Source: a virus
DNA: 49,064 nt
Virus record (IMG/VR): IMGVR_UViG_3300045988_163663
Direction: 5' to 3' (one strand)
The position numbers and the translations under genes are program-made. Position 1 is the stretch's first letter; the number at the start of each line of letters is the position of its first letter. Shown here in pieces: positions 9,733-23,200 of the stretch. The notes below the pieces were generated by a model. It saw only the letters and a program-made list of their open reading frames with translations. It made no database searches and was not told the origin of the DNA.

Positions 9733-12700
9733 TTATACTCTTGTTAAAGCTTCATTTGTTGTAATCGACATATTTCCATTATAAGTTAAAGGAAGAGTAT
9801 ATTGAGTTATAACAAATTCCCCTTGTATATTACTTTTTCTATCATTTATATAGATTAAATTATTAGGTTCTAAATAATATCTTGGCGCACAGTTAATAGT
9901 AACAGTTAAATTATAAATTAAATACTAATATAACATTTCTCTTATATAATCAAATGCCGTACTTCCTGTTCCGCTAGAACTAAATAATTTCATTTGCCCC
10001 GGTTTTAAAGCACAATAAGCCTAACCTTTTAATGTATAATCTTCTATCTTTTGAATTAAATCTGCTTCCCCAGTATTTTCAAAAAATATGATATCAGGCA
10101 CTTCTAATTTATATAAAAGACTCATATTAGTTTTAGTCAATGCTTTAGTACGCCGGCCTATTTTATTAACTGAATATCTAGATACTAACTAATCTACATC
10201 AATAAAATCTAACCAATATGTTATTAAGCTAGGATCAAGATAAATAGCAGGATTCCATCCAATCCAAGTATCAGGTATGATTTCTTCATTTTGATTTTCT
10301 TCAGAAGAATTTTTTGATTCAATCTAATCAATTTGATTCCGCCATTCTTCATGCCAAGTTTCATTCTAAGGATTAAATATTTGTTTACGCCACAAGTATT
10401 CACCATCTATTTTAGCTAATAATTCATCATCATAGTCTCCTTTTTGAGAACCATTTTCATTATTTAATAAAGCTTGTCTAAATAATTCTTCACGCCATTC
10501 ATTGCAAGGAGTACCAATTAAAGTAAAATAAAAATTATCTTCATAATCAAAAGGTGGTTCTTCAGGAGTATATGTAATAATTTTAATTTTATTATTATCA
10601 TTAATAGTAGAAAAATCAAGAATGTTAGAATTATAAGCTTTAGTAATTTCTTCAATAATTTCATTTAATGAATAATTACCATCATCACGTAAAATAAAAA
10701 TTTTCTTTATTATATCTTCCTAATCACCTAAAATTTTTAACTAATTTTTTTTACCATCTACTGGATCTAAAAATGGTAATAATAAATTACTTCCTCCTGA
10801 TGTATTTCCATTTGATGTATTGTTTTTATTGTTATTCTCTTCATTGGGCTTTAACGTAAAACCTGGATCTAAAACATCTAAGGGCATAATTCCATAATTT
10901 GGATCTCTAGGAGTAGGACCAGGTATATTATTATCTTCTGAATTGCCAGGTTTATTTGGTTTAGATGGATCATCTTTAGGAATTTCTTCTATATTTTTAT
11001 AACTATAAATTAATTCAATATCTGAAGTTAAATCATCTTTATTTGTTTTATAGTATTCTAATAATTTTTTAATTAAATCGTTATGTTCTTCTTCAGTAAT
11101 AACAATTTCATCATTCTTATTTTTTATTGCCGGATAATTATTAGGAAATACATAATTATATTCCGTTTTCTTTTTAGATTCATTATAACTAATTAATTTA
11201 TAACTAGCAACAATAGTATTATTTATGGAAATTAAATTATTAGAATCAATAAAATTAAAATCATAATCCTTATTTTCTTCATCAAAATTTATATCTTTAA
11301 TAATCTTAATATAATAATTAATTTTAATTGTATTTAAAAAATTTTCTATGTTTCTTAATGAAAGTTCTTCGGTTAATTCACAAATCTAAATCCACTAACC
11401 TTCACTATCATAATAACCTAAAATATTTTTATTATCTATATTTTTTATTATAGTTAAATAATATTCTTTAGATTCATTAATCGTTGTATTATTATTATTA
11501 TTATCAGACTTATCATTAGAAGAATTATTATTTTTATTTGCATTATTTTCTTGGTCTGCTGGTAACATAAAATCAGGATCTAATACTGTGGAACCTGGAT
11601 TTGGTACCATAAAACCTGGATCTAACTCTTTTGTATTAGATATTAGCATAATACCATAATTTTCTGAATCTCCAGTTCCTTGGCCTTTACGCCACCAAGA
11701 GGTAGGAATACCAAAACCCGGATCTAATGTATTATCATCTTTATAGCTATCATTTTTATTATTATTATTTTTATTAGAAGAATTATTATTACTTGGCCAA
11801 CTATCAGTAGCATCTTTTTTAGGATAAACACCAAGAGCTAAATGAGTAAAGTCAATAATATCAGTTAAATCTTCAAGATATTGAAATCCTATAATTTCTC
11901 CATCTAATAAAGTAATTTTATAATATCTTATCTAATTTAAAAATATTATTTTATAATATAAAATAAACTAATCACCAGTGTAAAAAGAATAATTCTTTAA
12001 AATATTTTCAATTATATCTTCTTTAATGTTAGATTCAATTACTTCATCCACCATTTCTTCATGATTAACAGAATAAATAATTTCTAAAGCTTTTTTATCA
12101 GGTGTCTAATTATAATTACTTTTTTTATACTCAAATAAATAAAAAGCATGGTCACCATTACCTCGAACTACATCCCACATATATTGATTAGCTAAATCAA
12201 TTTGAGGTTTTTCATCTATGGCTAAATGATACTATATAGTTTTAGTAACTCCATTACTATTAGTTTTATCGCCCCATACAATAAAATCATTTTTTATATT
12301 TTCATATTTAGGACTATTATAATAAGATAATGCATCTTTAGCATTTGCAAAAGTATAATAATATTTACTATCTGAAAAAGCTTTTATATAATAAGTATCA
12401 TTTATTTCTGTAATAGGAGTATAATAATAGTTTAAATAATTCTTTTTCTACTAAAATACAAAATGACCATCTAAATCATAAAAATATTCATAATTTCCTA
12501 AAGATTCAATAATTTTATCAAGGACAGAAGTTACTGTGTCTCCCGCAGAAAATACTAATTCTCCTGGATAAGTAAAATCTGTTTCTTGATATCCTACGTC
12601 TTGTCCATAAATAAATTTGTGCTATAAAAAATTTTCATCTTCAGGAGCGTTTTCACTAATTACAAAACTTTTATAATCTTTAGAAAACCATATAGGATTT

Positions 12701-13332
12701 TGGCCCATATATTTTGTACTAAGTTTAGCTGTTATATCTACGTCATTAATTATAACATTCTATTCTGGTTCTTTACCAAAATGTGTTACACATTCTTTAA
12801 TAATCGTAAATATAGGCACTTGCTCAATTGTAATATCTCCATTTTCATCTTCATATTGTGTTTCATGAAAGGTAACTGCTGAAGATAATGTACCTCCGCA
12901 AGTACCATCAAGCATACACATTTTATCTTTACCTGAGATAGAAATATTTGCTGAAGAAGCTGTAGTAGAAGAAGTAGCTTGATTAATTACAAATGTTCCA
13001 AGAGGAAACCAAATAATATCTCCATAGTTTTTATAATCTGCAAATGGATTTTCAAGCCCTACCTCTACTTTTACTTTTTTATTAATTGAAATAATATTTT
13101 CAATATTATTAATGTCATTCTCATTTTCTATACCGCTAATTGTTAGACTAATCGTGCGGCGCAAGGCGGCAGACCCATTAACTGTAATAGAGCCTGCCGT
13201 TGCTATACCCTATACCTCTCGTATAGGTTTTTCATCAACAAAAGATAAAATGGTAAGTTTGATATAATGTTTTTTTATACGCATTTCATCTAATGCAGTT
13301 AAAAACTCACTATCTTTTAGATATTCTCTCAT
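9733..13332 (-). CDS. Giant tail/baseplate protein, ~1199 aa
   Basis: ATG at 13332 with an AGGAGA ribosome-binding site, overlapping the upstream TGA (ATGA). Every codon of this frame from 9736 to 12760 was checked. There is no TAA/TGA, about 17 TAGs, and a TAA stop at 9733-9735. Track ORFs 12760-13164 and 11395-11649 are fragments of it. Confidence 0.55.
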
Positions 13333-16300
13333 TCCGTTTTCTCCTATGATTCATCTTTTTCTTTCTGCTTACCTTTTTTAACTTCTAAAGACGAAACAGA
13401 TTTATAATTAATTATTGCATAAGTAGGTCTAACAAATTCTACTTTAACAATCTCATCTTTCAAAGGATTTAAAACTAATTTATTAGTAGGTCCAATACGT
13501 ACATGAGTGCCAGGAGAACTAATATGATAATTACCAGTAGTTGCATCAAAATCATAGTCTCTATAAAAAACTAAATCTGTATTAGCATCTGCTTCAATTT
13601 CAATACTATCAATACCAGTAAAATTATATATAATTAATTGATCTGAACCATTCATCCAAGCGTCAGTCTATTTATTTAAAGCTAATCCAGATAAAGGTCT
13701 ATAATTTTCTAATAACTATGTACCAATTATTAATAATTCTTCGATGGATTCTGTGGCATCTTTAACTTTATCTAAAAATTCATTTATACCATTATATAAT
13801 AAATCAAAAGTAGATTCAAGTTTTTGATCACTATAATTATTTAAAATAGAAGTATGTACTTTTTCTTTTATTATATCCATTAAATTTAATGTGGAATATA
13901 ATCCATAATTGTATTTTTCATTAACTATATAAGTATCATCATTTCTAAAGAACTAATGGTTATCAAGAATATCTTGAGTATCAGTAAATACTCCACCAAG
14001 CTATCCCCATTGTGCAAATTCACGTTTAACAACAGTCACCATTTCTAAGAAATCTTCTTCCTCTAAATCAACTATATAATTAATTAAAATAGGGCGAGTA
14101 AATTTTAAATACATACTATCAATAATGGCATCATCCAAATGATAAATACGACTGGGCATCATAGAAATTTCTTTACCATTTATTATCATAGTAATAATAT
14201 TAGTCTAATTTTTTTCATATTCCTATAAAAGCTATTCACATCTTAATAATTCAACTGCATTAGTTAACTGACCTATCATAGTTGAACTAGTTTTATTTTT
14301 TAAATATTCTATTTTATTTTTAAGATTTAGTTTAGGATACTATTCTACCCAAATCGCTTTTATTCTTCTTACTCGATATTTTCTATCTTCACTTATTTCT
14401 TGTTCTTCTTGAAGTTTTATTGCGTTACAAATGTTATCATAAGTAAGATTAAATTTATTATTATCAACTATAGATAATTTATTATTAGTAATTTCCTGTG
14501 CATATTTTCCATTAAATGTTCGAGCTACTTGCCCAATAACTGTTTTAGTTTTTGTACTAGCATTCTAAATTGCTAATTTAGAATTATTAGACAAAGTAGT
14601 TAATGGATTTATCTAATATAAAATAATATTTTCTGGGGTACAATCAGCCACTTCATAAGCTGTTGAGTTAAAATCATAAATCATACGATATAAAGAAGCT
14701 TGAGGAGTCCAAGTAACATTAGTTAAAGTAACTATATGATTTCCTTCAGTTGGCGACTTAAATAATTTATAACCACCATCATTTAAAAATTCTTCTACCC
14801 AATGTCTATATATACGTTCCATATATATATTATCATTGGTTGGATTAGTATTAAATGTAGAAGCATTTTGAATATTGTATTGTCTTATATTATAATCATT
14901 GTTATATGGATTCTATAAATCACGCTCAAAAGTTTTAATATATTTATCTTTTGAAATAACTATATCTCCATACCAACTATGATAATAACCACCTTTAGCA
15001 TCATTACGCATTAAAAAAGAAGAATCAATATCACTTAATAAAGAAATTTTTGCACCCAACTAAAATTCTGCATAATGTGCCAATCCATTACGCAAAATAA
15101 TCGGATATTTAGAATTCAAGCTATCTTGCTTTTGGAATAAAGTAGTATGCTTATAACTATTCATTTTGCAATCAAAATCTAAACGAACTTGAATACCATT
15201 ATTATAAATATAACTATACTAAAAATTAGACCAATGTGCTGGTGATGAATCAATATCATCACTTTCATATTTAGGGGCACTTCTTAATCCTACAGCATTC
15301 TATTTCTATAAAGCATATTTATATTTAACTCCGCTTTCAACTGTAAAATCTTCATATAATAAAGTTAATTTATCATCATAATTAGTTTCATTATACCAAT
15401 CAAATTGAGCTATATCTTTCCATTGAGTATAATTATCAGTTTCACAAGCTCTTGATAAAATAAAAGTACCATCAAGAGATTGATATTTTTCTACATCTAT
15501 TTCACGTTCTACTTTTTCACCAGTAATAGTAGTAATGGTTATTTTTTCTTTTACTTCATAAGGATTATTTTTAATATAAATTTCTAAGCTGCCATTTTCA
15601 TCAGCTCGCAAATTATGACTAAAATCTTCAATTGCTTTTATTCTAGTAATTTTACTTAATACATGAGTTTCTATATTATCTTCATTAATATTACCAGTTT
15701 GATAAATTATATCTCCCGCATTATACCCATCTGCGTCATCATAATAACCTTTAATAAATTTAGGAGCCTATCCTTTTAATCCAAAATATTCCTTATACAT
15801 CTAAAAAGCAACTTGATTTGCTCCGGCTATTTTATTTAATAATATGGTAGATTCAGTATTATCTTTTACTGTGAATACTAAAGTCTATAACTATTTTAAA
15901 TAATTTTCAGTAATAGTAAAATTATAATACTCAGAAGATTTTTGATAATTATTCATTGTAATAACATCAAAAATCAATGAATACATTTTTGTTCCAGTCT
16001 AATCTAATTGTCTATTAAAACTATAGGAGACTAAAGCACTATATTTATCTTTCCCTCCACCATTATACTATAGCCAATCACTCTATAAATATGGCTCAGA
16101 ACTTGGAGGATTCTTTGAATTAAAACTGCCTTCATATAATCTAAAACGATATTTATCCAATGGTTCAGTATCGCTTTGATATCCTCCCTCAAATTTAGGG
16201 AAACGGCTAACTTCTATATTATTACTTGATATTAAAATAAATCCTACGTCTAATGAAGAAGTATCTTTATTATTTAATATTTCTACAATTGGATCATCAA

Positions 16301-16757
16301 TTGCTTTAGTAATTATAACATTGGACCATTCTGAAAAAGCTTCAGCTACAGTCTAAGATTTTTTCCATTTAAAAAATGAAATTTTATCTGTATAATCTAT
16401 TTTCCCATAGCCAAAACGTATCTAAATTTTATAATAAGTATTAGAAACCCAACCTATTGTATCTCCTAATTTAATATCTGAACTATTTACAGTAACTGTA
16501 TATATTCCATTATCAGTAGAGGTAGTTGGCTTTTCCATATAAATAATACCATCCCAATATTTATCAGTATTAATTATACTTTTATTATTGGATTGCTATA
16601 CAAATTTAATTGAAATATTCTTTACATCCTCATAATTTAATGATTTAGGTAAAGAAAAATTTATATTAATAGAGGCCGCAGTTGCTAAAAATGCTGGTAT
16701 TGAACTATCTACAATAGGCGGATATACTCTATTTATATTTATTGTGGACGCTGCCAT
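13329..16757 (-). CDS. Giant tail protein, ~1142 aa
   Basis: AGGAGG ribosome-binding site then ATG at 16757. Four track fragments (15306-15611, 14613-14822, 14001-14189, 13344-13655) share the frame and all end in TAG. TGA stop at 13329-13331. Confidence 0.5.
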
Positions 16758-16837
16758 TTATTGACCTCCTTTAACTCTTATTTCTATTTATTTTTAAAAA
16801 TTATATATTGTAAACATACTATTTTGGTCCAAATAAA

Positions 16838-16868
16838 AAAAAAGAATGATGGATAAAAATCCATCATT
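16838..16868 (-). terminator. Rho-independent terminator (minus-strand orientation)
   Basis: Hairpin gaatgatgga-taaaaa-tccatcattc, followed on the minus strand by a U9 run. It overlaps the TGA stop (16864-16866) of the upstream gene. Confidence 0.65.
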
Positions 16869-19800
16869 CTTCAATATACCAATCACGTAATTTTATATTT
16901 TTAGGAGCAATATAATCAGATAACTATTGTTTTAAATCAGCATTTGTAGCTATCTCATTTAGCAATTTAGCTACTGTTAAAATATTAGTCACACTTTCTT
17001 CTTTTAACTAAATAGAACCATCAACATTAAAGCATAAAGCATCTCCTGCTAATTTTACAACTCCATCAGAACGCAAAATATTAGTAGGAATACCATCCAT
17101 ATCATATTGATATAATCCTGAAACAAATCCTGAACTATCTGATTCTTCTATTGGTGTTTCTTCAGCTTCTAAACTCAATGTCTAAATTTCTAAATCTTTT
17201 CCCGGATCTTCGATAGGCAAAGTATATTTTCTACGCTTGTTTTCCCATAAAGAACCTACATAAGTTTTGCCTTCATCTCGTGCCCAAGGTCTACCATGAG
17301 AAAATCCTGGGTCAAGAGGTTTTTCAGATTCTACAGTATCTTCATCAAGCACAGGTATATTAGTACCATCATTATCTTCATCTGTTATAATAGTAATATC
17401 TTTATTATTAAGCATTACTATTGGATAAAATAAACTGCCCTTATTATCTGGTAAAAAAATCTATAACGCACCCATAGGAACAGTCTTTACTTGGTCAGTA
17501 GATTTAGCAAAATAAGCACCTGGATAATTTTCTTGTGGTCTAAGGTATTGCTATTTTACATTATCAGAATTAGTAGAATTAACTATAATTATATAATCAG
17601 TAAGAGACACTGGATTAGTAACCTATAATAAATCAATAAATTTTTTACCATCATATTTATACATAAAAGAAATCTATTTATTTATTAAAGAAGGAGTTCC
17701 CTTCTCATTATAAGTAATTTTAGAAGGTATATTAATATTACCAATGCTATTAACTACAAAATTAGTACTAACCATTATAGGCTTATAATAATATAAAGTC
17801 TAATTTGTAATAGCTTTATTTTCTAACCCTATAGTTACTTTAAATTTTATAAAATACTAACCCTTACAATCTTCAACTGGATTTGAAATTTTAAATACAT
17901 TTTTTTCTTTATTTACTTTTTCACAATCTAAATTAATAGGGTCTGCTTCAACAGTTATTTTATATTTATCTGTGGTGTTACCAACGGCATCCTAATAAGC
18001 AGAACCATTTATTATTTTATTACCATTATATCTTACTTCTGGCATGAGATAAATTGGTTCATAATCAGACCCACTTTTTTTATTAATAGGTTTAGTGTCA
18101 AGTTCACTGCCATCAGCATTGCAATCTTTAATAATTAATTGATAATCTAAACCACTAACTGTTGAGTCACCTGGTTTAATAAAAACAATACTTTTATTAA
18201 ACTTAAATTCTTTATCAGCTAATGTTATTACTTTTAATGATAAGGTATTATTAGTATAAGTATCTACATATTTAGGTTTAATATAATAATGTAAAGCATT
18301 ATTAGTTTTATCTATCCAAAGCTTTGAAAGCATTGAATTAGTAATTTTAGTAGTAGGGTATTCTAAAAGTTCTCCTCCATCGGGTGAATACCAAGTAACA
18401 CTTTTAACTCCTATATTTTCTTTATCTACGCTAATAGTTGGAGTAATAATTATTTCTTTATTAGCCTAATCTAAAGAAATACTACCATTATCATCATACT
18501 AAAAAGTATCTGTTCCACTAAATACTACTCGTACAGGCGATTCTTGTTTATAAGTAATTAATTTATATTCGCAAGGTACATAATCACCAGTATCTAATTT
18601 ACTAACACTATAAAATATTACATTACCATATTCTAAAAACTAACTTACATCAATCTAACTAACTCCAGTAGATAAAGGTAAATATGATCCATCCATCAAA
18701 TCAACATACCAATCAGCTTCATTAATAGTTTCTAATGAATCTACAATAGATAATTTAACTTCATTTTCACTAATAAATTGCGGAATTATAGTAAATCGTT
18801 CATTATAATATTTAACTACTCTAACATCTTTATATAAAGTAACATTAGAATTATATACTACCACTAATTTATATCGCATCTATTGATATACATCTTTGCC
18901 CGAAATAGTTAGTTCATTAAATCTTACATTAGAACTATCATTAATACATTCCCACCCAGGGCCGCCTATCTAATCATATTTTTCACTACCAGATAGAACT
19001 GCCGGATTCTATTTATACCAATAACATTTGCAAGTTTTTTCTTCTAATATATTCTTATTAGCATAATAAAAAACACCTATTAATTTTATTTTATCGGTAT
19101 CTTGAATTAATGATAAACCCTATGGCGCACTAATACCTACATAATATAAATCTTTAGTAGAATCTTGGACATCAACAAAACTAAGTTTTATATTTTTAAC
19201 AAAAAGATTAGGCTCTTTATCATAAACCGCAGTTATCTCACCTTTGCCGTTAAAAACAGTATCATATCTTAAAAATCTTTCTTGAAAAAATGTAATTTTT
19301 TTTATGCCAATTAAATTAATTCCAGTTAAATCATAAATTACATACTATGGTGAAAATACTTCATAATCGTAAATACTACCAGAGAAATTTATAATATCTA
19401 ATCTACGACTAAAAACAATACCTGTATCTTTTTCTACAAAATCAATTTTTAATCCATAATTACCAGCCATCATTGTTCCATAAAACTATGTTCTAAAATC
19501 GGCCTAAATCATAATACGAGGATAAGTAGTTAATAAACTAGTAAAAATTACATCTTCAGTGAGATTATCATTTTCATAAATTACCTATTCATAATATTTA
19601 CTTTTATCTTCTTCCTCTTCTATCGGTTCTTTACTATCTTCAGCCTAAGTATCAGTTGCAGTACCTTCTTCTGTATCATTTGATGAATTATTTTTATCAT
19701 CTTTTGGAGTTTCTTCTTCTTCCTTTTTAGGTTCTGGTGCATAAGCTAAGATACCATATTCATTACCATTACTATATATTTCACTTATTTCGACTACTTG

Positions 19801-20160
19801 CTAAGATAAATCACTATATTCTTCTTCTGTATAAGAAGTAGCAGATGCTTTGCCTTCAATAGTTTTTTTTTGAGTAAAATCACCGCCTGGTACTTTTACA
19901 TATACATTAGTTCCTTTAGAATATACATAAGTTAATGTAGTTGGGGCATAAGCACGAAATTTCCCTTTTTGATATTCAACAAAATATTCTCCAGTACTGG
20001 CATCGTTTAGACTTATAACTTCAGCAATTATAGTTTTATCAAATGATAATTCAGCATCACGTGCCCGTGCTATATAATCTATAGTCTCTAATAAGGCATC
20101 TGTTATTTCTTTTGGCTTTTTTATAGTAGCTAAATATTCTTCTTTTCTATTATAAGCCAT
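16864..20160 (-). CDS. Large distal tail protein (Dit/Tal-like position, directly after the tape measure), ~1098 aa
   Basis: AAAGGAG ribosome-binding site then ATG at 20160. Frame checked codon by codon from 16921 to 19801: no TAA/TGA, many TAGs. Track ORFs 19801-20160, 18655-18879, 17992-18333 and 17182-17415 are its fragments. TGA stop at 16864-16866. Confidence 0.55.
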
Positions 20161-20182
20161 ATTAACTCCTTTCTCTCCTCAA

Positions 20183-20213
20183 AAATGAGGAGGAAATTAA
20201 TCCTCCTCATTTA
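20183..20213. other. Perfect 12-bp hairpin between tape measure and next gene
   Basis: aaatgaggagga-ttaatt-tcctcctcattt. It overlaps the tape-measure stop (TGA 20207-20209) and precedes the ribosome-binding site of the next gene. Confidence 0.5.
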
Positions 20214-23200
20214 GATTTATTTGCACTTATATATTGAGCCGCATTATTACTAAGATTAGACAATGCTTCTTCAATTTCATAATGATCAGTAACTCCTGGG
20301 AAGTCTGCTTGAATAGTAACTTCTTGCTTAATTGGCTAAGTTTCATAAACAGGTGGAGTAGTTTTATCAATCAAATTACCTAATTTTATCTATCCAAAAT
20401 TAATCATTGATTGTACTTGTTTATCAACCCAATCATTCATATTACGAACAATATCAACTGCACGAAGTATATTAGAAGTATCTTTTTGGTTAAGAATTAA
20501 TTCTTTAGGATGGACTTTAATAATTCTACCATTATCAGGTCCGAAACCTTGTCCTTTAGCCCAATTGCCTGTATAGGCACCAGAAGCTGCACCATTTCCT
20601 AAAACTTTATCTAACCATTCTGCATTTTTATTAGTTGTAATTTCTTTCTTTTCTTCTTCAGACCAATAATCAGTAGAAGAACCATTCTTTAAAATCTATG
20701 AACCTTCCTATTCCATATCAGATAATTTTAAATTACGGATATCTTTCAAAGTTTTGATGTCATCAGTAGTCCAAGTACGGCCACTTTCATCTGTATAAGT
20801 ACCACCATTTTTACTTAAAGAAATTATAGCAGCACTATAATCAACACCAATATCATAAGTTAATCCGCCGCTACCACTACTACCAAAGTTACCATCAATA
20901 TACTATTCATTTTTAGCTAATTCTTCATCAGTTCGCTTAGAATATTTCTATTCCCAATCAAGAACCATTCCAATAGACTAAGAAATATAGCCCATTAATA
21001 CATTAACAAGTTCTTCAATTTCATCACATAATTTTTGAATATGTTCTTCAAGACTATCAAGAGTGCCGCCCATATCAGAACCGAAAGTTTCCCAAGATGT
21101 ACCAGCAACGTTCATTGCTGCTTCAACAACTTTTTGCCAATCTTTATAATTGGTTTGTAATTCACTAATTGTAGTATTAGAATTATTAACAAATAACATA
21201 TAAGCATCATTATAATCATACAAATCAGTCATTTGGCCGTAGAGAGTATCATGGAATGTTAATCCACTATTTACAACACCTTTATTTAATTCATCAAGTA
21301 AATATCTTTGTCTTTCAACATAATACTCTTGCAATGATAATAGCTGATTTGAATAATCCGCAGAGTTTTTATCAAGATCTTGTAAGGCTTCTTTAAAATC
21401 AATTTGATTCTAAATTAACTATTCACTTACATCATTAATATAATCCTTACTTAACTTACCTAATTCATGAACCGCATCTTCATATTTCTATGTGGCGTCT
21501 TCAATTTTTTCTTCATCTGCATCATAAGCATAAGTCCAGTTACCCGCGGCATCACGCACTAAACGCATTGAAGTTTTAGAATTTTGTTGCTCCATAAGAG
21601 CTATTTCAGCAAGTTGTAAGTCATATTTCTTCTATAAATACTCAAGGTCATATTGGCTCATCTAGACGCCATCGGCCTGGAGATCGTGAATCTCTTGCTA
21701 AATGTCTCTAAGTTTTTGTTTAGCTAAAAGGTCATTAGTATCAGCCAGCTATAAATTTAGCTAACGATTTAATTTATTTAATTCATATAAGCGTTCGGCA
21801 TCATCAAGATATTCTTCATTGATAGTCTTTGCTTTTTCATATTTATCTTGGAAATCTTCAAGAGTTTCAAACGGCGATAACGCATTACTTAATACATTAA
21901 CAGCCATCTCAACACGCATTTCAAATAAATCTTGAGCAGCTTCAAGGGTTTCTTCCCAAGAAGCTAAAAATTCATCAGAAGCTTTTTCAGTTTCTTGTTT
22001 TAATACTTCAACTTGATTCTCCCAGAATTTTACAGAAGATGTGTCACCATCAGCCTAACGATCAGCAAGGGCAGCCTATGCTTCTTTAGTTGCTTTAGCC
22101 AAACCATCCATTTGCGCTTTTAAAGATTTCATTTTACCTAACATTGTTTCTACTTTAGTAGCACCAATCTAAGTTTTTAATCCCATATCAAGCATTGAAC
22201 GACCAGACAAATCAATAATATTATTAAGATGGTCAAGCATTGATGTATAAGTATCAAGACGTTCTATCTACTTATCAATTTCATCAAGAGCCAAGTCTAG
22301 AACATTCTAAACCAAATCTTCAATATCATTACGTAAATCTAGAATAGCCTCATTAACGTCAATCAAATCACTTTGGTATTCAAGTATTTGTTCATCGAAC
22401 ATCTACTCATAACCTGGGTGTCTAGCTTTTGCAGCATTTAACTCATCAATACCCTAACGTAATGTAGCACCTTTATCAAAAAGCTATAACATCTCTTGTT
22501 CTTGATAAGCAAATCCTTCAAGCATTGCTTCAATAGTTTGTTTATTACCATGAGCCTATTTAAGAAGTTTTTCTTGATAATAATTAAGACGTTTAATCTA
22601 AAAATCAATCTACTTAACTTTCCAATCAATTTGCTTTGTAATAGCTTCTAGTTCAAGTTCAGCAGCTTCTTTCTCTTTTTGAGCAATAAGAGCGACATTT
22701 TCATCAATACGCTCTTGAATACCCATAGGGCCGTCAAGACCATCTTTAATTTTAGTAAACCATTCATTTAGGTCTTCTTCGCTCATACCATCTTCAAGAT
22801 TTTTTTGATATTGTGCCCAAACTTTGCCCCATAATTCAGAAGCATTAGCAATTTCACCATCATCAGTAAGTTTTATTTCAAACTCTGGATGGTCTTTATT
22901 AAATTCTTCTACTTTAAGTTTTAATAATTTTTTCCAAGATTTAATCTAATCTTCAAGAATGTCCTGCTCTTCTTCTAATAATTTTATTTCTTCTTGAATA
23001 TATTTAGCTGAGTCTTCTGGATTAGCTCCCTCACGTAAAGCTTCAAGACGATCACGTTTCTTTTCTTTAGTTTTTAACAATTCATCTTGAATTTCTTTAC
23101 CAATATCATTAGCGGATTTAGATTCAGAACCTCCTCCTCCACCGCCACCTTTATTATTGCCATTTTCGGTAGTTAAATATTTCCCACCATCACCTTTAGT

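Noticed and set aside
10224-10406. Minus-strand ORFs 10224-10406 and 22438-22629
   Set aside because: They fall out of frame within the verified long frames of the giant tail gene and the tape measure. Their products are low-complexity Leu/Ile/Lys-rich and look spurious.
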